The notes beneath the pieces were generated by a model. It did not search any database. It was not told the origin of the DNA and saw only the letters and a program-made list of their open reading frames with translations. DNA of 64,000 nucleotides from Anaeramoeba ignava BMAN (taxonomy: Eukaryota; Protista; Anaeramoebae), in NCBI GenBank assembly GCA_028826165.1, contig JAPDFW010000059.1, positions 558,001 through 622,000 of the forward strand. The letters run 5' to 3'. How positions within the stretch are numbered: position 1 is the first letter of the stretch; each line of letters starts with the position of its first letter. Position numbers and translations under genes: made by a program. This document shows positions 40,385 through 51,206 of this stretch, in pieces.

Positions 40385-41440
40385 AACAAAAAAATTAATA
40401 AAATCAAATTAAAAATATTTTATTCCACTTTTTTTTGAAATAAAAAATAAATAAAATTAAATATAATTAATAAATAAATTAATTTAAAAAAATAAATAAA
40501 ATTAAATTAAAACAAAATAAATTTAAATTATTAAAAGAATAAAATTAAAACAAAAAAATTAATAAAATTAAATTAAAAATATTTTATTCCACTTTTTGAA
40601 ATAAAAATAAATTAAAATTAAATATAATTAATTAATAAATTAATTTAAAAAAAATAAAATTAAATCTAAATAAAATTAAAAATAAAAATAATAAAAATAA
40701 TGGATAGTAAAGGGAATAAAAATAAAATCAAATTAAAAATATTTTATTCCACTTTTTGAAATAAAAATAAATCAAAATTAAATATAATTAATAAATAAAT
40801 TAATTTAAAAATAAATAAAATAAAAATTTTTTGAAATTATTAAAAGAATAAATTCAAAAAAAAAAATAAAAATAAAATTAAAAATATAAATAAATAAAAA
40901 TAAAATTTAAAAATAAATAAAATTAAAATTTTAAAATAAAATTAAATTATTAAAAGAATAAATTTAAAACAAAAATTAATAAAATCAAATTAAAAATATT
41001 TTATTCCACTTTTTGAAATAAAAATAAATTAAAAATTAAATATAATTAATAAATAAATTAGTTTAAAAAAATAAATAAAATTAAATTTAGAATAAAATTA
41101 AATTATTAAAAGAATAAATTTAAAATAAAAATTAATAAAATTAAATTAAAAATATTTTATTCCACTTTTTTTTTTGAAATAAAAAAATAAATTAAAATTA
41201 AATATAATTAATAAATAAACTAGTTTAAAAAAATAAATAAAATTAAATTTAGAATAAAATTAAATTATTAAAAGAATAAATTTAAAATAAAAAAAATAAT
41301 AAAATTAAATTAAAAATATTTTATTCCACTTTTTTTTGAAATAAAAAAATAAATTAATTTAAATATAATTAATTAATAAATTAGTTTAAAAAAATAAATA
41401 AAATAAAATTCAAAATAAAATTAAAATAAAAATAAAAAAA
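40385..41440. repeat. ~160-bp tandem array (6 cores) immediately 3' of tRNA-Ala
   Basis: Core AAATTAAAAATATTTTATTCCACTTTTT at about 40424, 40587, 40747, 41005, 41160 and 41324. Confidence 0.88.
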
Positions 41441-41445
41441 AATAA

Positions 41446-41517
41446 TGGATAGTGAGGGAATCGAACCCCCGGCCTCTTGTATGCGAAACAAGCGTTGTAC
41501 CACTCAACTAACTACCC
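41446..41517 (-). tRNA. tRNA-Ala (CGC)
   Basis: GGGTAGT/ACTATCC acceptor with G3:U70, D arm GTTG/CAAC, anticodon arm CTTGT-TTCGCAT-ACAAG, TTCGATT T loop, followed by an oligo-T terminator. Confidence 0.95.
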
Positions 41518-41677
41518 CAAAATAAAATAAAAAACTTTTATTTTTTTTTTTCTTAATTTTTTTTTTTCAAAATATTATTTTTTATATACTTAATTAATTT
41601 TCTTTTTTTATTTAAAATTAATTAAAAAATTTTTTTTTCATTTTTTCTATTTTTCTAAAACTAAAAATTTCATTCTC

Positions 41678-44600
41678 ATGCTTCAAAATTGTTTTAAATT
41701 TGCAATTAAAAAAGAAAATCAAATAGCAAACCAAATAACCAAAAAAATAACAACCGAAATTGATTCAAGACTAAGAAAATATTTTGAGATCAAAGAAGAA
41801 GTACAAAATTCACTTAAAAACAAAAAACCAGTCGTAGCACTTGAAACAACAATTGTAACTCATGGGATGCCTTATCCTAAAAATGTTGAAATAGCTCAAG
41901 AAGTTGAGCAAATTGTGAGAGAAAATGGAGCAACTCCTGCAACTATTGGAGTTATTAATGGAAAAATTCATGTTGGAATGACTAAAAATGATCTTGAATT
42001 CCTTGCTCAACAACGTATTCAAGGAAATGTTACGAAAGTTTCAAGAAGAGATTTATCCTTTGTTGTTTCTCAGAAGAAAAATGGTGGTACAACTGTAAGT
42101 GGTACAATGATGATTAGTCATATGGCTGGAATTCCTGTTTTTGTTACTGGTGGAATAGGTTTGAATCTTTTCTCTTTTCTTTTCTTTTTGAGATCAAAGT
42201 GGATCAAATTTTTCCATTTATTTTGATTTAATTTGAATTTTAATATAATTTTGATTTAATTTTAATATAATTTTGATTTAATTTTAATTTAATTTTGATA
42301 TAATTTTGATATAATTTTGATTTAATTTTGATTTAATTTTGATTTAATTTTGATTTAATTTTGATTTAATTTTGATTTAATTTTGATTTAATTTTAATAT
42401 AATTTTGATTTAATTTTAATATAATTTTGATTTAATTTTAATATAATTTTGATTTAATTTTAATTTAATTTTGATTTAATTTTAATATAATTTTGATTTA
42501 ATTTTGATATAATTTTGATTTAATTTTAATATAATTTTGATTTAATTTTGATTTAATTTTGATTTAATTTTAATTTAATTTTGATTTAATTTTAATTTAA
42601 TTTTGATTTAATTTTAATTTAATATTGATTTAATTTTGATTTAATTTTAATTTAATTTTGATATAATTTTGATTTAATTTTAATTTAATTTTGATTTAAT
42701 TTGGATATAATTTTAATTTAATTTTGATTTAATTTTGATTTGATTTTGATTTAATTTTAATTTGATTTTGATTTAATTTTGATTTAATTTTGATTTAATT
42801 TTGATTTAATTTTGATTTAATTTTGATTTAATTTTGATTTAATTTTGATTTAATTTTAATATAATTTTGGTTTAATTTTAATTTAATTTTAATTTAATTT
42901 TGATTTAATTTTGATTTAATTTTGATTTAATTTTGATTTAATTTTGATTTAATTTTGATTTAATTTTAATATAATTTTGATTTAATTTGGATTTAATTTT
43001 GATTTAATTTTGATTTAATTTGGATTTAATTTTGATTTAATTTTGATTTAATTTTAATTTAATTTTGATTTAATTTTGATTTGATTTTGATTTGATTTTG
43101 ATTTAATTTTAATATAATTTTGATTTAATTTGGATATAATTTTAATTTAATTTTGATTTAATTTTAATTTGATTTTGATTTAATTTTGATTTAATTTTGA
43201 TTTAATTTTGATTTAATTTTGATTTAATTTTGATTTAATTTTGATTTAATTTTGATTTAATTTTAATATAATTTTAATATAATTTGGATTTAATTTTGAT
43301 ATAATTTTGATTTAATTTTAATTTAATTTGGATTTAATTTTAATTTAATTTTGATTTAATTTTGATTTAATTTTGATTTAATTTTGATTTAATTTTGATT
43401 TAATTTTGATTTAATTTTGATTTAATTTTGATTTAATTTTGATTTGATTTTGATTTAATTTTAATTTAATTTTGATTTAATTTTGATTTAATTTTGATTT
43501 AATTTTGATTTAATTTTAATTTAATTTTAATTTAATTTTGATTTAATTTTGATTTGATTTTGATTTAATTTTAATTTAATTTGGATTTAATTTTGATTTA
43601 ATTTTGATTTAATTTTGATTTAATTTTGATTTAATTTTAATTTAATTTTAATTTAATTTTGATTTAATTTTGATTTAATTTTGATTTAATTTTGATTTAA
43701 TTTTGATTTAATTTTGATTTAATTTTGATTTAATTTTGATTTAATTTTGATTTAATTTTGATTTGATTTTGATTTAATTTTTTAATTTAAATTTGATTTA
43801 ATTTTAATTTAATTTTAATTTAATTTTAATTTAAATTTAATTTAATTTAATTTTAATTTAATTTTAATTTAAATTTAATTTAATTTTGATTTAATTTTAA
43901 TTTAAATTTGATTTAATTTTGATTTAATTTTGATTTAATTTTGATTTAATTTTGATTTAATTTTGATTTAATTTTAATTTAATTTTGATTTAATTTTAAT
44001 TTAATTTTGATTTAATTTTAATTTAATTTTGATTTAATTTTGATTTAATTTTAATTTAATTTTGATTTAATTTTAATTTAAATTTAATTTAATTTTGATT
44101 TAATTTTGATTTAAATTTAATTTAATTTTGATTTAATTTTGATTTAATTTTAATTTAATTTTGATTTAATTTTGATTTAATGTTGATTTAATTTTTGATT
44201 TAATTTTGATTTAATTTTGATTTAATTTTAATAATTTTGATTTAATTTTAATTTAATTTTGATTTAATTTTAATTTAATTTTGATTTAATTTAATTTTGA
44301 TTTAATTTTGATTTAATTTTGATTTAATTTTGATTTAATTTTGATTTAATTTTAATTTTGATTTAATTTTTTGATTTAATTTTAATTTAATTTTGATTTA
44401 ATTTTGATTTAATTTTGATTTAATTTTAATTTAATTTGGATTTAATTTTGATTTAATTTTGATTTAATTTTGATTTAATTTTGATTTAATTTTGATTTAA
44501 TTTTGATTTAATTTTGATTTAATTTTAATTTAATTTTGATTTAATTTTGATTTAATTTTGATTTAATTTTGATTTAATTTTGATTTGATTTTGATTTAAT

Positions 44601-45380
44601 TTTGATTTAATTTTGATTTGATTTTAATTTAATTTTGATTTAATTTTGATTTAATTTTGATTTAATTTTGATTTAATTTTGATTTAATTTTGATTTAATT
44701 TTAATTTAATTTGGATTTAATTTTGATTTAATTTTGATTTAATTTTGATTTAATTTTAATTTAATTTTAAGGTGGTGTTCATCGAAATGCTGAAATTACA
44801 ATGGATATTTCAGCAGATCTTATGGAATTAATGCGAACACCAATATGCGTAGTTTGTGCAGGAATGAAATCAATTTTAGACATTCCAAAAACATTAGAAT
44901 TTCTTGAAACAAATGGTGTTCCAACAGTTGGATATCAAGTAAAGAATTTCCCAGCTTTTTTTGTTCATGATTCTGGATTTCCTTCTTCTTGTCGATTAGA
45001 TGATCCAAAATCATGTGCTCAATTAATCAAAACAAATTCAAATCTTGGGATAAAAAGTGGAATTTTAATTGGTGTTCCTGTTCCTAAAAAATATGAAACT
45101 GAAGGTGTTATGATTGAAAATGCGATTCAAAAAGCTATTCAAGAAAGTCAGAATCAAAAAATTTCAGGTAGAGATTTAACTCCTTTTCTTTTAGCAAGAG
45201 TAAACGAATTAACTCAAGGAAAATCTCTTCAAACAAGTAAAATTTATTTATTTGGAAAAATTTTTTAATCTTATTAATTTAATTTTTAATCAAAAATAAA
45301 AAAATAAAAAAGATACACATTTGATCAAAAATAATGCGAAAATTGGAGCTCAAATTGCAGTTGAACTTTCAAAACTTTAA
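41678..45380 (+). CDS. psuG: Pseudouridine-5'-phosphate glycosidase (PsuG/IndA family), standalone
   Basis: Exons 41678-42158, 44772-45236 and 45313-45380. PVVALETTIVTHGMPYP, KVSRRD, GGTTVSGTM, TGGIGGVHR across intron 1, DISADL, GMKSILD, TPFLL, NNAKIG. Confidence 0.93.
42225..44770. repeat. 10-bp (TTTGATTTAA)n tandem array filling PsuG intron 1
   Basis: About 2.5 kb of near-perfect 10-mer, roughly 250 copies. Confidence 0.95.
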
Positions 45381-45460
45381 AAAAAATAAATCTTCTTTTT
45401 CTTTTTCTTTTTCTTTTAAATAAAAAAAAAAAATTTAATAAAAAATAAAAATAAAAAAAA

Positions 45461-45568
45461 CGACGCGAACAGGATTTGAACCTGTGCTCCCAAAGGGAAG
45501 TAGATTTCCATAATTTTTAAAATTTAAATTATTCTAGTCTACCGCCTTAACCACTCGGCCATCGCGTC
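45461..45568 (-). tRNA. tRNA-Ser (AGA) with a 26-nt intron at 37/38
   Basis: GACGCGA/TCGCGTC acceptor, G73, A box TGGCCGAGTGG, anticodon arm GTAGA-CTAGAA|intron 45506-45531|A-TCTAC, long variable arm TTCCCTTTGGGAG, TTCAAAT T loop. Confidence 0.95.
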
Positions 45569-45649
45569 TTAATTAATTTTTTTTTTTCTTTTTCTTATTT
45601 TTTAATTTCAAAAAATTTTATTATTTATATTAAAATATTTTTATTTTCT

Positions 45650-48600
45650 TATTTATTTTTTTATTTAATTTATTTAATAAATATTTTAAAATAAAATTAA
45701 ATAATAATTAATTAATATTTATTAATAAATCTTTTATATTTAATTATTTAAAATAATTTCATTATTAAATATAAATTAATTATTAATTAAAATAATTAAA
45801 TAATTAAATTAAAATATTTTTATTCCACTTTTTATTTAATTAATATTTTAAAACAAAATTAAATAATAATTAATTATTATTTATTAATAAATATTTTATA
45901 TTTAATTATTTAAAATAAATTCCACTTTTTATTATAAATTAATTATTAATCAAAATAATTAAATAATTAAATTAAAATATTTTTATTCCATTTTTATTTA
46001 ATTAATATTTTAAAACAAAATTAAATAATAATTAATTATTATTTATTAATAAATCTTTTATATTTAATTATTTAAAATAAATTCCACTTTTTATTATAAA
46101 TTAATTATTAATCAAAATAATTAAATAATTAAATTAAAATATTTTTATTCCACTTTTTATTTAATAAATATTTTAAAATAAAATTAAATAATAATTAATT
46201 ATTATTTATTAATAAATCTTTTTATATTTAATTATTTAAAATAAATTCCACTTTTTATTATAAATTAATTATTAATCAAATAATCAAATAATTAAATTAA
46301 AATATTTTTATTCCACTTTTTATTTAATAAATATTTTTAAAATAAAATTAAATAATAATTAATTATTATTTATTAATAAATCTTTTATATTTAATTATTT
46401 AAAATAATTTCATTATTAAATATTTATAAATTATTAATTAATTAATCAAAATAATTAAATTAAAATATTTTTATTCCACTTTTTATTTAATTAATATTTT
46501 AAAATAAAATTAAATAATAATTAATTATTATTTATTAATAAATATTTTATATTTAATTATTTAAAATAATTTCATTATTAAATATTTATTAAATTATTAA
46601 TCAAATAATTAAATAATTAAATTAAAATATTTTTATTCCACTTTTTATTTAATTAATATTTTTAAAATAAAATTAAATAATAATTAATTATTATTTATTA
46701 ATAAATCTTTTATATTTAATTATTTAAAATAATTTCATTATTAAATATTTATTAATTATTAATTAAATAATTAAATAATTAAATAATTAAATTAAAATAT
46801 TTTTATTCCACTTTTTATTTAATAAATATTTTAAAAACAAAATTAAATAATAATTAATTATTATTTATTAATAAATATTTTATATTTAATTATTTAAAAT
46901 AAATTCATTATTAAATATTTATTAATTATTAATCAAAATAATTAAATAATTAAATTAAATTATTTTTATTCCACTTTTTTTATTTAATTAATATTTTAAA
47001 ACAAAATTAAATAATAATTAATTAATATTTATTAATAAATCTTTTTATATTTAATTATTTAAAATAAATTCCACTTTTTATTATAAATTAATTATTAATT
47101 AAATTAATTAAATAATTAAATTAAAATATTTTTATTCCACTTTTTATTTAATAAATAATTTTAAAATAAAATTAAATAATAATTAATTAATATTTATTAA
47201 TAAATATTTTATATTTAATTATTTAAAATAAATTCATTATTAAATACTTATAAATTATTAATTAAAATAATTAAATAATTAAATTAAAATATTTTTATTC
47301 CACTTTTTATTTAATAAATATTTTAAAATTAAATTAAATAATAATTAATTAATATTTATTAATAAATATTTTATATCTAATTATTTAAAATAAATTCCAC
47401 TTTTTATTATAAATTAATTATTAATCAAAATAATTAAATAATTAAATTAAAATATTTTTATTCCACTTTTTATTTAATAAATAATTTAAAACAAAATTAA
47501 ATAATAATTAATTATTATTTATTAATAAATCTTTTATATTTAATTATTTAAAATAAATTCATTATTAAATATAAATTAATTGTTAATTAAATAATTAAAT
47601 AATTAAATTAAAATATTTTTATTCCACTTTTTATTTAATTAATAAATATTTTAAAATTAAATTAAATAATAATTAATTAATATTTATTAATAAATCTTTT
47701 ATATTTAATTATTTAAAATAAATTCCACTTTTTATTATAAATTAATTATTAATTAATTAATTAAATAATTAAATTAAAATATCTTTATTCCACTTTTTAT
47801 TTTAATAAATATTTTAAAATAAAATTAAATAATAATTAATTAATATTTATTAATAAATATTTTATATTTAATTATTCAAAATAAATTCATTATTAAATAC
47901 TTATAAATTATTAATCAAAATAATTAAATAATTAAATTAAAATATTTTTATTCCACTTTTTAATTTAATAAATATTTTAAAAATAAAATTAAATAATAAT
48001 TAATTATTATTTATTAATAAATCTTTTATATTTAATTATTTAAAATAAATTCATTATTAAATACTTATAAATTATTAATTAATTAATTAAATAATTAAAT
48101 TAAAAATATTTTTATTCCACTTTTTATTTAATTAATATTTTAAAAATAAAATTAAATAATAATTAATTATTATTTATTAATAAATATTTTATTTTTAATT
48201 ATTTAAAATAAATTTCATTATTAAATATTTATAAATTATTAATTAATTAATCAAAATAATTAAATTAAAATATTTTTATTCCACTTTTTATTTAATTAAT
48301 ATTTTAAAATAAAATTAAATAATAATTAATTATTATTTATTAATAAATATTTTATATTTAATTATTTAAAAATAATTTCATTATTAAATATTTATTAATT
48401 ATTAATCAAATAATTAAATAATTAAATTAAAATATTTTTATTCCACTTTTTATTTAATTAATATTTTTAAAATAAAATTAAATAATAATTAATTATTATT
48501 TATTAATAAATCTTTTATATTTAATTATTTAAAAATAAATTCATTATTAAATATTTATTAATTATTAATAAAAATAATTAAATTAAAATATTTTTATTCC

Positions 48601-49545
48601 ACTTTTTATTTAATTAATATTTTAAAATAAAATTAAAAATAATAATAATTAATTATTATTTATTAATAAATCTTTTATATTTAATTATTTAAAATAAATT
48701 CATTATTAAATATTTATTAATTATTAATCAAAATAATTAAATAATTAAATTAAAATATTTTTATTCCACTTTTTATTTAATTAATATTTTAAAACAAAAA
48801 TTAAATAATAATTAATTAATATTTATTAATAAATCTTTTTATATTTAATTATTTTAAAATAAATTCCACTTTTTATTATAAATTAATTATTAATCAAATA
48901 ATCAAATAATTAAATTAAAATATTTTTATTCCACTTTTTATTTAATAAATATTTTTAAAATTAAATTAAATAATAATTAATTAATATTTATTAATAAATA
49001 TTTTATATTTAATTATTTAAAATAAATTTCATTAAATATTTATTAATTATTAATCAAATAATTAAATAATTAAATTAAAATATTTTTATTCCACTTTTTA
49101 TTTAATTAATATTTTAAAATAAAATTAAATAATAATTAATTATTATTTATTAATAAATCTTTTTATATTTAATTATTTAAAATAAATTCATTATTAAATA
49201 TTTATAAATTATTAATCAAAATAATTAAATAATTAAATTAAAATATTTTTATTCCACTTTTTATTTAATAAATATTTTAAAATAAAATTAAATAATAATT
49301 AATTAATATTTATTAATAAATATTTTATATTTAATTATTTAAAATAAATTCATTATTAAATATTAATAAATTATTAATCAAAATAATTAAATAATTAAAT
49401 TAAAATATTTTTATTCCACTTTTTATTTAATTAATATTTTAAAATAAAATTAAATAATAATTAATTATTATTTATTAATAAATCTTTTATATTTAATTAT
49501 TTAAAATAAATTCCACTTTTTATTATAAATTAATTATTAATTAAA
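45650..49545. repeat. ~163-bp satellite array (about 23-24 units) immediately 5' of tRNA-Ser
   Basis: Core AAATTAAAATATTTTTATTCCACTTTTT recurs at about 45823, 45986, 46148, 46311 ... 49252 and 49415, spaced about 163 bp apart. Confidence 0.95.
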
Positions 49546-49687
49546 TTGTTCTTTTTTTTTGTTAATTTAATTTAATTTAATTAAATAAAAAAGGAAAAGA
49601 AAAAAAATTTTTTTTTCAAATTTTTATTTTTCATTTTTCAATTTATAAAAAAAAAAAAAAAAAAAAAAAGATTTATTAATAAATAAA

Positions 49688-50780
49688 ATGGTAAGTGTAT
49701 TTTAAAAAAAAAAAAGTATTAACGCATAGAATAATTAAAATTTAATATTTAAAAAAAATTAATTATTAAAAATAGACAGACGAAATTCCAGAAAACACAC
49801 CAACATTCAAGATTATTTTAGTTGGAGATGGAGGAGTTGGCAAAACAACATTTGTAAAAAGACATCTTTCAGGAGAGTTCCGTAAAGAATATATTGGTAA
49901 GTTGATTAAAAAAAAAATAAAAAGGAGAAAAAAAAAAAGAAAATAAATTAAAAAGGAGAAAAAAAACTGATTAAACAAAATTAATATAAATCAAATACAA
50001 AAATAGCAACTGTTGGAGTTGAAGTTCATCCACTTGTTTTTTACACAACAAAATGCCCAATCTGCTTTAACGTATGGGATACAGCAGGACAGGTAATAAA
50101 AATAAAAATAAAAATAAAAATAAAAATAAAAATAATAAAAATAAAAATAAAAATTAAAATAAAAATAAAATAAAAAATTTTAACAGGAAAGATTTGGTGG
50201 ACTTAGAGATGGATATTATATTGAAGGTGATGCTGCTATTATTATGTTTGATGTAACTTCTCCTGAAACTTATGGAAATGTTCCTGTTTGGTATAGAGAT
50301 ATTGTTCGTGTTTGTGAGAATATTCCTATGGTTCTTTGTGGTAATAAGGTTGATGTTAAAGACAGAAAAGTTCGTGCTAAGCAAATCTCTTTCCATCGTA
50401 GAAAGAATATTCCTTATTTTGATATTTCTGCTAAATCTAATTATAACTTTGAAAAACCTTTCCTTTATCTTGCTCGAAGACTTTTAGGGTTTGTTATTTA
50501 TTTTATTATTTAATTAGAATAATTTTTCATTCCTTTCTTGTTATTTCAAAATTTTTTTATTAATTTTTCATTCCTTTCTTGTCATTTCAAAATTTTTTTA
50601 TTAATTTTTTCATTATTTTTTATTTATATTTTTAGTGATCCAAATTTAACTCTTGAAAAAGCTCCTGCTTTAGCCCCTCCAGTTGTAGATCTTGATCAAG
50701 AAGCTATGATTGCTAATGAGAAGGAATTGAAAGAGGCTCAGAATTATGAACTTCCTGATGAAGATGAGGATAATTTTTAA
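49688..50780 (+). CDS. RAN: Ran GTPase
   Basis: Exons 49688-49690 (ATG only), 49776-49896, 50007-50092, 50187-50488 and 50636-50780. [57 protein letters not shown], acidic tail LPDEDEDNF. Confidence 0.97.
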
Positions 50781-51206
50781 GTTTTCTTTCTTTTCATTTT
50801 CATTTTCATTTTCGTCTTCAATTTCAATTTCAATTTCTTTTTTTTTTTTTGGAAATTTTCTTTCTAGAAATGATTTAGGTTTAAATAATTAAAAATAATT
50901 GATTCTTTTTCTTTTCTCTCAACTCGATGAGTTTTATATTTCTCTTCTTGTTGCTTTTTTTTCTTGTTCCGTTTTTTTTTTCTTTCTTTTTTTTCTTTTT
51001 TTTCTTTTTGATTTTGATTCTTTATGCAAATCAGAATCTAATTCATAAACAAAATAAACAAGTTAAAAAAAAAAATAAATAATAAATGATTTTTTAATTT
51101 TATTTTATCTTTTTTAAATTTTAAATAATTATAAAAAAGAATAAATAAAAACAACAAATAATATCCAAAAAAAAAAAAAGAATTCATCTTTTATTCTTAA
51201 TTCATT

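Noticed and set aside
45650-49545. CRISPR-like array (constant core at regular spacing)
   Set aside because: The segments between cores are themselves near-identical rather than unique spacers. There are no cas genes and the context is eukaryotic.
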